From Candidatus Aminicenantes bacterium (lineage in GTDB: Bacteria > Acidobacteriota > Aminicenantia > Aminicenantales > Saccharicenantaceae), in contig CAVQXL010000005.1 in the NCBI GenBank assembly GCA_963717865.1, positions 337,716-401,715 of the forward strand: a stretch of DNA of 64,000 bases. The letters are read 5' to 3'. The notes below the pieces were generated by a model. The model saw only the letters and a list, made by a program, of their open reading frames with translations. It was not told the DNA's origin and did no database searches. This document shows positions 48,638-60,524 of this stretch, one piece after another. Numbering within the stretch: position 1 is the stretch's first letter; the number at the start of each line of letters is the position of its first letter. Made by a program: the position numbers and the translations under genes.

Positions 48638-49701
48638 CCGGGCTCCCGGTCCGTCAGCCGGCGCTTGCGGGCGTGGCGCTCGAGCGCCAGTCCGACGAGC
48701 TCGTCCAGGAGGCGGGGAAAGGACAAGCCGCTCACGTCCCAGAGCTTGGGATACATGCTGATCTCGGTGAAGCCGGGGATGGTGTTGACCTCGTTGAGGA
48801 AGAGCGTCCCGGAGGCTTCCTCGTAGAGGAAATCGACCCGGGCCATGCCGGCCCCGTCGATGGCCTTGAACGCGGCGATCGCGGCCTCCTGGATCTCCTT
48901 GACGAGGGCCGGAGGGAGGGAGGCGGGGATGACGAAAGCGGTCTTGCCATCGACGTACTTGTCCGTGTAGTCGTAGAACTCCCGGGCGGGGAGGACCTCT
49001 CCGGGGAGCGAGGCCCGCGGGGCGTCGTTGCCGAGGACACTGCACTCGAATTCGCGGCATCGGATGCCCTCCTCGACGACAACCTTCCTGTCGTAGCGGA
49101 AGGCGAGCTCGAGGGCCGCTTCGAGTCCCGCCGCGTCCTTGGCTTTGGAGATGCCGACGGACGAACCGAGGTTGGCGGGCTTGACGAACATGGGATAGGG
49201 GAGGGCATCGCCGAGCTCCCTGACGGCCGCCGCCCGGTCGCGGTTCCAGTCCTCTTCGAGGAGGACCCGGAAGCGGACCTGAGGCAGTCCCTTGTCCCGG
49301 AAGAGGGACTTCGAGAGGGCCTTGTCCAGGCCGACGGCCGAGGCCGCGACGCCGCAGCCGATGTACGGGACGTCCGCCATCTCCAGGAGGCCCTGGATGG
49401 TCCCGTCCTCGCCGTTCGGGCCGTGGAGGACCGGAAAATAGACGTCGGCGGCCAGGACGCCGTCCCCCGCCCTCTTTCCCCAGGGCAGGAAGGAGCCGGC
49501 CCCCCCGGAGGCAGCCGGTTTCCCGGGCTCGGCCGGCGAGGCGACGGCCCGCCAGAGGCCTTGCTTGCCGATGAGGATGCAGAGGACTTCGTATTTGTCG
49601 GGGTCGAGGTTCTTGTACACGGAAGCCGATGAGGCGAGCGAGACTTCGTGCTCTGCCGAGCGCCCGCCGAATATCAATCCGATCCGTATCTTTGGCGTCA
49701 T
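48634..49701 (-). CDS. ddl: D-alanine--D-alanine ligase
   Basis: 355 aa, intact. MTPKIRIGLIFGGRSAEHEVSL..VLHGPNGEDGTIQGLLE..EVNTIPGFT.. Confidence 0.9.
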   Translation of the reverse strand: MTPKIRIGLIFGGRSAEHEVSLASSASVYKNLDPDKYEVLCILIGKQGLWRAVASPAEPGKPAASGGAGSFLPWGKRAGDGVLAADVYFPVLHGPNGEDGTIQGLLEMADVPYIGCGVAASAVGLDKALSKSLFRDKGLPQVRFRVLLEEDWNRDRAAAVRELGDALPYPMFVKPANLGSSVGISKAKDAAGLEAALELAFRYDRKVVVEEGIRCREFECSVLGNDAPRASLPGEVLPAREFYDYTDKYVDGKTAFVIPASLPPALVKEIQEAAIAAFKAIDGAGMARVDFLYEEASGTLFLNEVNTIPGFTEISMYPKLWDVSGLSFPRLLDELVGLALERHARKRRLTDREPG

Positions 49702-49794
49702 ATGGGGCCCTCTTTCGATAGGCTATTCTATAAGAACCCGGCGGGAAAAGCCAGCCCGGGGCGCGACGCCCGGCTCAGGGCTCGTTCCCGGACT

Positions 49795-49878
49795 GGCCCC
49801 GGCCCTGGCCTCGCCAGGACCGGGACTGGGAAGCCCGGCCCCGGTTCTGGCCTTGCCAGGACCGGGACTGGGAAGCCC
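49795..49878. repeat. 2 x 42-bp tandem direct repeat (GGCCCCGG(C/T)(C/T)CTGGCCT(C/T)GCCAGGACCGGGACTGGGAAGCCC)
   Basis: Unit 1 is 49795..49836 and unit 2 is 49837..49878, with 4 mismatches, in the ddl-divergent intergenic region. Confidence 0.8.
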
Positions 49879-49910
49879 CGCCCCCGGCTTTCAAGCCGGA
49901 AGTCGAGGGA

Positions 49911-49940
49911 TTGACATGGCGGGAAACTCCCGAATATAAT
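49911..49940 (+). promoter_or_regulatory. near-consensus sigma70 promoter TTGACA-N18-TATAAT
   Basis: Read directly. Lies 39 nt upstream of ATG 49979 (RBS AAGAGG). Confidence 0.6.
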
Positions 49941-49978
49941 GAACCCAAGCGGAATCAAAACAGCCAAGAGGTGAGCGC

Positions 49979-50811
49979 ATGAGAAGATCCTTCTTTTTTC
50001 TCATTCTGGGTTTGGGCGTGATATTCCTCGGGACGGGACTGGCCCAGGACCAGATCGAAAAGGCGAAGATCTTCCAGGAGAACTATCCCCTCAGCACCGA
50101 ATCCGACCTCTACTGCAGCATATTCGTCCTGAACGGCGAGCTCCCCGCCATGAGGATCATCGGGGCCGAGAGGCAGGATGAAAAGGTCCTCCTCAGCGAC
50201 GCGGACAAATTCTACGTCGACAAAGGGAGCGCGGACGGCCTGGAGGTCGGCCAGGTGTTCCTCGTCGTCTCCGTCGGGCGCAAGATCGGGAATCATGGCC
50301 TCCTGTCCCGGCGGACGGGCCGGGCCCGGGTCGTGTCGGCTCGAGGAGAGGCGGGGCGTCGTCCTCGTCGACAAGACCTGCGGCGAAGTCGCCCTCGGGG
50401 CCTATCTCGTCCCGTTCGAGGAGCGGGAAGGCCCGGTCGGAAAGGACGAAGGGTACTCCGCCGCGCTGGACGAGAACCAGGGGCTCAAAGGGGATCATGA
50501 TCCACATCGAGACGGAGTTCAATATCGCCGGCACCGGGGGCTGGGGCCTCATCGACCTGGGGAACGACCAGGGCATCCGCGAGGGCCAGCAGCTGACCGT
50601 GTTCAAGCGCGTCAAGAGGGGCTTTCCCCGGGAGGCGATCGGCAACGTCGTCGTGATCGACGTCCAGAAGACCACGTCCACGGTCAAGGTCCTTTCCTGC
50701 CGCGACGCCGTCGAGGTCGGTTTCCAGGTCCAGACGAAGATAACGCAGGCCGTCCGCCTCGTATCCTCGCCCTTACTGCCCTATGTTGACAGACAGATAC
50801 GATTTTGCTAG
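49979..50811 (+). CDS. secreted hypothetical protein, 2 apparent frameshifts
   Basis: Signal MRRSFFFLILGLGVIFLGTGLA. Three consecutive frames (49979..50500, 50178..50789, 50497..50811) carry continuous-looking sequence. No family recognised. Confidence 0.35.
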
Positions 50812-50836
50812 TTTAGACCGAGAACGAACACGCTCG

Positions 50837-50911
50837 AGCGGGCGTAGTTCAGTGGTAGAACGTCTGCTTGCCATGCAGAAGGTCGTGGGTTCAAGTCCCA
50901 TCGCCCGCTCC
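50837..50911 (+). tRNA. tRNA-Gly (anticodon GCC), CCA encoded
   Basis: GCGGGCGTAGTTCAGTGGTAGAACGTCTGCTTGCCATGCAGAAGGTCGTGGGTTCAAGTCCCATCGCCCGCTCCA. Anticodon loop TTGCCAT. Confidence 0.9.
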
Positions 50912-50946
50912 ATGATAGAGAATACGTGGTCCCCGGATGATCGGCA

Positions 50947-51019
50947 AGGCGCGGTACCCAAGAGGCTAAGGGAGAGGTCTGCAAAACCTTTATTCGTCGG
51001 TTCGAGTCCGACCCGCGCC
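50947..51019 (+). tRNA. tRNA-Cys (anticodon GCA), CCA not encoded
   Basis: GGCGCGGTACCCAAGAGGCTAAGGGAGAGGTCTGCAAAACCTTTATTCGTCGGTTCGAGTCCGACCCGCGCCT. Acceptor GGCGCGG/CCGCGCC, anticodon loop CTGCAAA. Confidence 0.8.
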
Positions 51020-51153
51020 TCTCACTGTCCGCCGACACGGTCCCTCCTATCATCGACAGATTCCCTCGCTTCATCTTCGATTGACCTTATTGACACCGCC
51101 TTCTAATTGATTATATAGTTTGGGCAACCGTAATCCTGAACAAGGAGGAGCAC

Positions 51154-51752
51154 ATGGATCTCTGGCAGCAGCGTCCAGGCGATCATCCTGAAACCCAAGG
51201 AAGAGTGGGTCAAGATCAAGGCCGAGACGACGACCGTCTCCGAGCTCTTCACTTCCTACGCGATGATCCTGGCGGCCATTCCCGCCGTCGCCCAGTTCAT
51301 CGGCTTCGGTCTCATCGGCCGGAGGTACCCGTTCATCGGCTGGGTGAGGATGGGGCTCGGGACCTCCCTGCTCAGGGCGGTCTTCTCCTATATCCTGTCC
51401 CTGGTCATGGTCTACGTCTTCGCGCTGATCATCAACGCCCTGGCCCCGACCTTCGCTTCCACCCCCAACCAGCTCAACGCGATGAAGCTGGCGGTCTACA
51501 GCATGACCCCGGGCTGGGTGGCGGGGATCCTCTACATCGTTCCGTTCCTGGAATGGCTCGTGATCCTGGCCAGCCTTTACGGCCTGTACGTCCTTTATCT
51601 CGGGTTCGCGACGCCGCATGATGGACACGCCCAAGGAAAAGGTCATGGGCTACCTCGTCGTGAGCATCGTCGTCGTCGTCGTGCTCTCGGTGGTGGTCGG
51701 ACTGGTCCTAGGAGCGATCTTCGCGGTCGGCGGCGTCTACCGGCCGCTCTGA
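51154..51752 (+). CDS. Yip1-family membrane protein, 2 apparent frameshifts
   Basis: MDL then (shifted) ..SGSSVQAIILKPKEEWVKIKAETTTVSELFTSYAMILAAIPAVAQFIGFGL.. The C-terminus ..MMDTPKEKVMGYLVVSIVVVVVLSVVVGLVLGAIFAVGGVYRPL* is in a third frame. Confidence 0.5.
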
Positions 51753-52465
51753 GCCAGTTCTTCGACGATCCTTCGGAACGCGTCCCGCCGGTGACGGCGC
51801 CCCTGTGATGGGGCGGCCGATCACGAGATAATCCGCGCCTTTGGCGACGGCCTCGGCCGGCGTCATGATCCTCTTCTGGTCCTGGGCGGCCGCCCAGGCG
51901 GGGCGGATCCCCGGCGTCACGACGAGCAATTCCCGGCCGAATTCCTTCCGGACGATCTCGATCTCCTGCGGGGAGCAGACGACCCCGTCCATCCCGGCCG
52001 CCTTGGCCAGCCCGGCCAGCCGGAGGACCTGGGCGGCCACGTCCGGGTTCATCCCGACCTCGTCGAGCTCGGCGGCCTTGAGGCTCGTCAGGACGGTCAC
52101 GCCGAGGAGGAGCGGCTTCGGAGCTTTTCCGCTTCGGCCGTCTCGCGGGCGGCGGCCGACGGCCCGGGCCATCATCTCCTGTCCCGCCGGACGTATGGAC
52201 GGTCATCATCTGGACGCCGTGCCGGACCGCCGACCGCGCGGCGCCGGCCACGGTATTGGGGATGTCGTGGAGCTTGAGGTCGAGGAAGATGTCCTTCCGG
52301 AGGACCTTGAGCTTCTTGAAGAGCGCCGGGCCCTCGGCCGTGAAGAGCTCGAGCCCGACCTTGAACGTCCGGGCGTCCTTGAGGCCGGAGACGACCTTCG
52401 CCGCCTCGTCCCTGTCCTTGACGTCCAGGGCGATGATGATCCTGTCCTTCGGAGTGTCTGGTCAT
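51737..52465 (-). CDS. pyrF: orotidine 5'-phosphate decarboxylase, 2 or more apparent frameshifts
   Basis: MT then (shifted) DTPKDRIIIALDVKDRDEAAKVVSGLKDARTFKVGLELF..DLKLHDIPNTVAGAARSAV.. then ..VVTPGIRPAWAAAQDQKRIMTPAEAVAKGADYLVIGRPIT.. Confidence 0.8.
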
Positions 52466-52477
52466 GACGGGTCCTTT

Positions 52478-53397
52478 CTAATCGAGTTCGAGCGTTCCGG
52501 AGACGTCTTCGATCCGGGAAACGCCCCGGCGCTCGCAGTATTCTTCGATCTCCCGGACGATCCGGACGGCGGCGTCGGGGTCGACGAAGTTCGCCGTCCC
52601 GACCTCGACGGCCTTCGCCCCGGCGATGAGGAACTCCAGGGCGTCGGCGCCGGTCATGATCCCGCCCAGGCCGATGACCGGGATCTGGACGCGCGGACGC
52701 GACCTGGTAGACCATCCGCAGGGCGATCGGCCTGATGGCCGGGCCGCTCAGGCCGCCGAACACGTTGCGCGAGCTTCGGCCGCCGCGTCTCGATGTCGAC
52801 GGCCATCGCCAGGAACGTGTTGACGAGGGAGATGCGCGTCGGCGCCCCCCTCTTCCGCGGCCGCCGCGATCTCGGCGATGCTCGTCACGTTGGGCGAGAG
52901 CTTGACGATGAGCGGGAGCCGGGAGGCCTGTCTTGACCGTCCTCGACGAGGTCCCGGGTCGTCCCGGGGGCGAGGGCCGGGCAGGCTCCGCCCTGCCGGA
53001 CGTTCGGGCAGGAGATATTGAGCTCGAAGGCGTCGATCCCTTCCAGGCGGCCGAGGAATTCCACGACACGGACGTATTCCTCCTCCGTCTCGCCGCAGAC
53101 GTTGACGATGACCGCGGTCTTCAGGCGCGCCAGCCGGGGAAGGATCTTTTCGGCGAACGCCTCGACGCCGATCCCCTGGAGGCCGATGGCGTTGATGAGA
53201 CCGCTCGGGGTCTCCACGAGCCGCGGCGGCGGATTGCCCTCGCGAGGGCCGTAGTAAAGGCCCTTGACGACGAGGCCGCCGAGCGCTTCGAGGTCGAGGA
53301 ACGGCTCGAACTCGAGGCCGTAGCCGAACGTGCCGCTGGCCGTGAGGACGGGGTTGCGGAGCTTCAGGAATCCCAGGTCGACGGAGAGGTCGGTCAT
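52478..53397 (-). CDS. pyrD: dihydroorotate dehydrogenase catalytic subunit (class 1B), 2 or more apparent frameshifts
   Basis: MTDLSVDLGFLKLRNPVLTASGTFGYGLEF..NVCGETEEEYV..LNISCPNV.. then ..NVFGGLSGPAIRPIALRMVYQVASAR.. and ..IEDVSGTLELD* in other frames. Confidence 0.85.
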
Positions 53398-54194
53398 CAG
53401 TCGCCCTCCTTCCCAGACGATCGCGCTGGCGCGCGAAGACCGGGCCGTCCTCGCAGATCTTGACCCAGCCCTCGCCGTGCTCGTCGCCGGATGCGCTTGA
53501 CGCAGCCCCAGCAGGCTCCGATGCCGCATCCCATCAGGGATTCCAGGGAAAATTCGGCCGGGATGCCGCGCGCCGCGGCCAGGCCCGAGGCGGTCTTCAT
53601 CATGGCTTCCGGACCGCAGGCGAAGAGGAACGCCGGCTCGCTGCGCCCGATCTCCCTTTCCGCGAGGGCCGTGACCAGGCCCGGGAAGCCGAACGAGCCG
53701 TCGTCGGTGGAGCAGAGGAGGGGGAGGCCCGCCCGTTCGAACTTCGGACGGAGCGGGATGTCCCCGGCGGTCCTCCCGCCGTAAAGGACGACGGGCTCGG
53801 CGCCCAGGGCTCGGAGCTCTTTCGCCAGGAAGTAGATCGGCGCGATACCGCGGCCGCCGCCGACACAGAGGACGCGCCGGCCCTTGAGCCGGGCGTCCAG
53901 TGTGAATCCTTTGCCCAGAGGGCCGATGATGTCGAGGACCTCGCCCTCTTCCCTGGCGGCCAGGATCTCCGTCCCCTTCCGGCGACCTGGAAGAAGATCT
54001 CCGAGGCGGTCCCCTTCGCGGGCGTGGATGCTGATCGGCCGTCGGAGGAGGGGGGCGGTCTCGCCGGAGACCCGGATCATCAGGAACTGGCCCGGCCGGG
54101 CGTCCCGGGCGATCGCCGGGGTCTCGATCTCGAACAGGCGGTAGCTTCCCCAACGCTCGACGCCGACGATCCGCGCTCGGGGGTCCTTGGTCAT
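53397..54194 (-). CDS. pyrK: dihydroorotate dehydrogenase electron-transfer subunit, C-terminal frameshift
   Basis: MTKDPRARIVGVERWGSYRLFEIETPAIARDARPGQFLMIRV..RRPISI..CVGGGRGIAPIYFLAKEL.. with the C-terminal Cys cluster ..CGIGACWGC..ICEDGPVF in shifted frames. Stop overlaps the pyrD ATG. Confidence 0.75.
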   Translation of the reverse strand: MTKDPRARIVGVERWGSYRLFEIETPAIARDARPGQFLMIRVSGETAPLLRRPISIHAREGDRLGDLLPGRRKGTEILAAREEGEVLDIIGPLGKGFTLDARLKGRRVLCVGGGRGIAPIYFLAKELRALGAEPVVLYGGRTAGDIPLRPKFERAGLPLLCSTDDGSFGFPGLVTALAEREIGRSEPAFLFACGPEAMMKTASGLAAARGIPAEFSLESLMGCGIGACWGCVKRIRRRARRGLGQDLRGRPGLRAPARSSGKEGD

Positions 54195-54312
54195 CGCGCT
54201 CCTCGGAAGTTCCTGCCTTTTCCCCGAATAGATAACAGAATCGGGGCGGGTTTGGCAAGTTGGCAATCCCTCATCCGTTGGACTATAATGAGCGGACCGG
54301 GAGGAATCATCC

Positions 54313-55510
54313 ATGCATATCTCGCGCAGAGCCCATCATATCCAGGCGTCTCCCATCCGGAAGCTCAAGCCGTACGCGGACAAGGCCAAGGAAAGGGGGA
54401 TCCACGTCTATCATCTGAACATCGGCGACCCCGACGTCCCGACGCCCCGGCCGGTCCTCGACGCCTTCCATGCCTACAACGAGCCCGTGATCGGATACGG
54501 CCCGTCCCAGGGCTTCCTCGAGCTGCGTCAGGCCATGACCCGCTATTTCGCGACCTACGGCATCCCGCTCCAGGCGGACGACGATCCTCGTAACGACGGG
54601 CGGCTCGGAGGCCATCCATTTCGCCTTCTCGGTCGTCGCCGACCCGGGGGACGACATCCTCATCCCCGAGCCGTATTACACGAACTACAACGGCTTCGCC
54701 TCGTTCGCCTCGGTCGGCATCGTCCCCATCCCGCTCAACGTCGAGGACGGTTTCCGCCTGCCGTCGGAGGAGGACATCGAGGCCCGCCTCACCCCGAGGA
54801 CCAAGGCGATCGTTCTCTGCTCGCCCAACAATCCGACGGGCACCGTTTACTCTCCCGAGGAGCTGTCCCGCGTCGTCCGGCTGGTCGTCAAGCACGACCT
54901 CTTCCTCATCGGGGACGAGGTCTATAAGGAATTCATCTACGACGGCCTGGTCCACAAAAGCCTCCTCGAGTTCGAGGAGGCGCGGGACAGGGTCATCGTC
55001 GTCGACAGCATCTCCAAGCGGTTCAGCTGTTGCGGGTCCCGGATCGGGGCCCTCATTTCGCGGAACAAGGACGTCATGCAGGCCGCTCTCAAGTTCGGCC
55101 AGGCGCGGCTCTGCCCGCCCTCGGTCGAACAGATCGGGGCCCTGGCGGCCTACAACATGGGCCGGGGCTATTTCGAGCCCATCCTCAAGGAATACCAGAA
55201 GCGCCGCGACATCCTCTTCGAGGGGCTCAAGGACGTCCCCGGCGTCGTCATCCGCCGGCCGCAGGGCGCCTTCTACATCATCGCCCGCCTGCCGGTCAAG
55301 GACGCCGAGCACTTCACCGTCTGGATGCTCTCCGAGTTCGCCCTGGACGGCAAGACCGTCATGTTCGCCCCGGCCGAGGGCTTTTACGGCACGCCGGGAC
55401 GGGGCCGGGACGAGGTCCGGATGGCCTATGTCCTCAACGAGCACGACCTCCGGGACTCGATCCGCATCTTCAAGGCGGGCCTCGAAAGGTATCACCAGCT
55501 GTTCCCGTGA
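54313..55510 (+). CDS. class I/II PLP-dependent aminotransferase (aspartate aminotransferase-like), apparent frameshift near 54590
   Basis: ..NIGDPDVPTP.. and ..SISKRFSCCGSRIG.. (PLP-Lys). N-terminal and C-terminal parts are in two frames. Confidence 0.8.
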
Positions 55511-56010
55511 CCGCGAGGGGGGCCTTGTTCCTCACGAAACGGACCGTCCGCGAGGCCGCTCTCATCGTCGGCGTCTCGGCGGTCCTGGGACTCGCCGTCC
55601 AAGCCCCTCTCGTCATTCGGTACCTGAGGGGGGATTTCAAGGGGGGATTTCTCGCGGCCGGGACATTTCCGGGGGTCGTCCAGATCTCCTTGGCCGAGGC
55701 CGAGGACCTGTTCGCCCGCGGCAGGGGCTTTTTCGTGGACGCCCGGCCTTCCGAGGATTTCCGGGCCGGACATATCGCCGGGGCAACGAATGTGCCGTTC
55801 GCGACCGCCGACGAACGGGCCCTGGAGGCTCTGATGATCGCGACCGGGCCCGATAAGGAGCTCGTCGTTTATTGTTCGGGCGGGGATTGCCAGTCGAGCC
55901 TCGGCCTGGCCCGGCTCCTTACGGGCAGGGGCCTGAAAGAGGTCCGGGTCTTCCCGGGCGGCTGGGAGGAATGGACGGCCGCCGGGCTTCCGGGGGAGGA
56001 GGGCGAATGA
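55506..56010 (+). CDS. rhodanese-like domain protein with N-terminal membrane anchor, GTG start
   Basis: ..FFVDARPSEDFRAGHIAGATNVPF..VVYCSGGDCQSS.. (active-site Cys loop). GTGA overlap with the upstream stop. Confidence 0.7.
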
Positions 56011-56447
56011 TCCGGAACAGGATCGTCCTCCTGCTTTTCCGGATCGTTGTCGGCGGACTTTTCGTTTATGCCGGCGTCCTCAAGATCGCCGATCCCATCG
56101 GTTTTGCCCAGGACATCGAGGACTACAGGCTCGTGCCGCGGGCCGTCGCGTTCTTCACGGCCCTCGTTCTTCCCTGGCTCGAGACCCTGGCCGGAGCCGC
56201 CCTCGTCGCCGGTCTCTTCAAGAGGACGAGCGCCGGGCTCATCGCCCTCATGCTTGCCGGGTTCATCGTCCTTGTCGCGGTCACGATGCTCCGGGGCCTC
56301 GACGTGGACTGCGGCTGTTTCGGGGCCCTGAGCCGCAAGGCCGGCTGGGCGCTCCTCCTCGAGGACGCCCTGATGCTTTTCATGGCCCTCGAGGTGGCCC
56401 TGTCCGGAAGAGCGGCCGGGGGTCCCGGGCACGGGAAACCTGCCTGA
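56007..56447 (+). CDS. DoxX-family membrane protein
   Basis: ..LFRIVVGGLFVYAGVLKIADPIGFA.. 146 aa. ATGA overlap with the rhodanese gene. Confidence 0.7.
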   Translation: MIRNRIVLLLFRIVVGGLFVYAGVLKIADPIGFAQDIEDYRLVPRAVAFFTALVLPWLETLAGAALVAGLFKRTSAGLIALMLAGFIVLVAVTMLRGLDVDCGCFGALSRKAGWALLLEDALMLFMALEVALSGRAAGGPGHGKPA

Positions 56448-56519
56448 ACCCCTCCGCGCCTTGATATTTTTCCTCCCACCGTGTATATTTCCAAAGTTAA
56501 CCACTCAAGGAGATGAACC

Positions 56520-59321
<2,802 letters not shown>

Positions 59322-59367
59322 GCGGGTTTCCGTAAAGTCGCCTCTTTGAAAAAAGGGGCAGAGACTT

Positions 59368-59449
59368 CCCCCCTTGGAAAAGGGGGGCATGGGGGGATTT
59401 TGTCGAGTCCCCTAAATCCCCCCCCCAACCCCCCTTTAGGAAAGGGGGG
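59368..59449. repeat. cluster of three G-run/C-run hairpins (CCCCCCTT-GGAA-AAGGGGGG; GGGGGGATTT-N13-AAATCCCCCC; CCCCCCTTT-AGGA-AAGGGGGG)
   Basis: Read directly downstream of the ppdK stop. The last unit is identical to the one after folD. Confidence 0.8.
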
Positions 59450-59513
59450 AGGCAAATCAGTGGCCCGAGGGCGGCGGCGGTGTTAGAATTCATCCGCTGA
59501 GGAGGGAACGGAC

Positions 59514-60368
59514 ATGGGGAACATCCTCGACTGCAGGGCCATAGCCCGGGGATACAGGGAGCGGATCCGCGCCGAGCTGGCGGGGTTCCCTTTCCGGCCG
59601 AAGCTCATGACCATTCTGGCCGCCGACGATTTCGGCTCGAAAACCTATGCCTCCCTCATTGCGAAAGACTGCGCGGACATGGGCGTTCTTCTCGAGGAGC
59701 GCCGGGTATCCTCGAAGGAGGAATTGCGGGCGGCCGTCGCGATCGGCAACGCCGACGCGGAGACCAACGGCATCTTCATCCTCTACCCGGTGAATTATCC
59801 CGGCCTCGACGACCAGATCGTCATGAACTGGGTGCACCCGCGGAAGGACGTCGAGGGGCTCCACGCGGAGAACCTGGGATACCTCGTGCAATACCGGCGC
59901 CATCTCGACGCGGCGGGAGACTTCAAATGCATCGTCCCCTGCACCCCTAAGGCGGTGGTGAAGACCCTGCGGGCCTATCCGGACATCGTCCTCGAGGGCG
60001 CCTACGTCACCATCGTCAACAATTCCATCCCGGTGGGGAAGGCCTTGGGGATGATGCTCGAGAACCTGGAGGCGACGGTCATCAACTGCCACGTCAAGAC
60101 ACAGCGCGAAGACCTGGAGACGTGCGTGCGGATGGCCGACATCCTCGTCACGGCCGTCCCGGGCGAGGATTTCGTCCTGAATTCGGCCCTCGTCAGGCCC
60201 GGCGCGGTCGTCGTGGATATGGCCTACCAGGGCAACGTCGTTTACGAGGAGCTCGCGCCCCGGGTCCGCTACATCACGCATCCCCGGAACGGGATCGGCG
60301 TCATGACCAGGACGATGCTGTTCCAGAACCTGGCTTACGCCGCGAAGTACAGGGGAACATACTATTAA
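59514..60368 (+). CDS. folD: bifunctional methylenetetrahydrofolate dehydrogenase/cyclohydrolase
   Basis: 284 aa, intact. ..PKLMTILAADDFGSKTYA.., ..ILYPVNYPGLDDQ.., ..VVVDMAYQG.. Confidence 0.9.
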   Translation: MGNILDCRAIARGYRERIRAELAGFPFRPKLMTILAADDFGSKTYASLIAKDCADMGVLLEERRVSSKEELRAAVAIGNADAETNGIFILYPVNYPGLDDQIVMNWVHPRKDVEGLHAENLGYLVQYRRHLDAAGDFKCIVPCTPKAVVKTLRAYPDIVLEGAYVTIVNNSIPVGKALGMMLENLEATVINCHVKTQREDLETCVRMADILVTAVPGEDFVLNSALVRPGAVVVDMAYQGNVVYEELAPRVRYITHPRNGIGVMTRTMLFQNLAYAAKYRGTYY

Positions 60369-60400
60369 ATCCCCCCTGACCCCCCTTTAGGAAAGGGGGG
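60367..60400. repeat. hairpin repeat AAATCCCCCC-TGA-CCCCCCTTTAGGAAAGGGGGG
   Basis: Same core as 59421..59449 and 29395..29428. Confidence 0.8.
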
Positions 60401-60524
60401 ATCGTTGCCGCGGCTTCCCCGAGCCGTAACCGCAGGCGTCTCGGAAGAGCTCAGGCTAAAGCCTGAGGCTACAAAGACAAGACGCGACTATAAGTTGCGG
60501 TTGCAGGCTTCGCGCAAGCTCACG

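Noticed and set aside
50783-51106. ORFs overlapping the tRNA-Gly/tRNA-Cys pair on both strands
   Set aside because: They overlap two clear tRNA genes. Spurious.
59340-60400. C-run/G-run repeats as a CRISPR array
   Set aside because: There is no constant repeat length or spacing, no spacer series and no cas genes. The copies are scattered over 43 kb.
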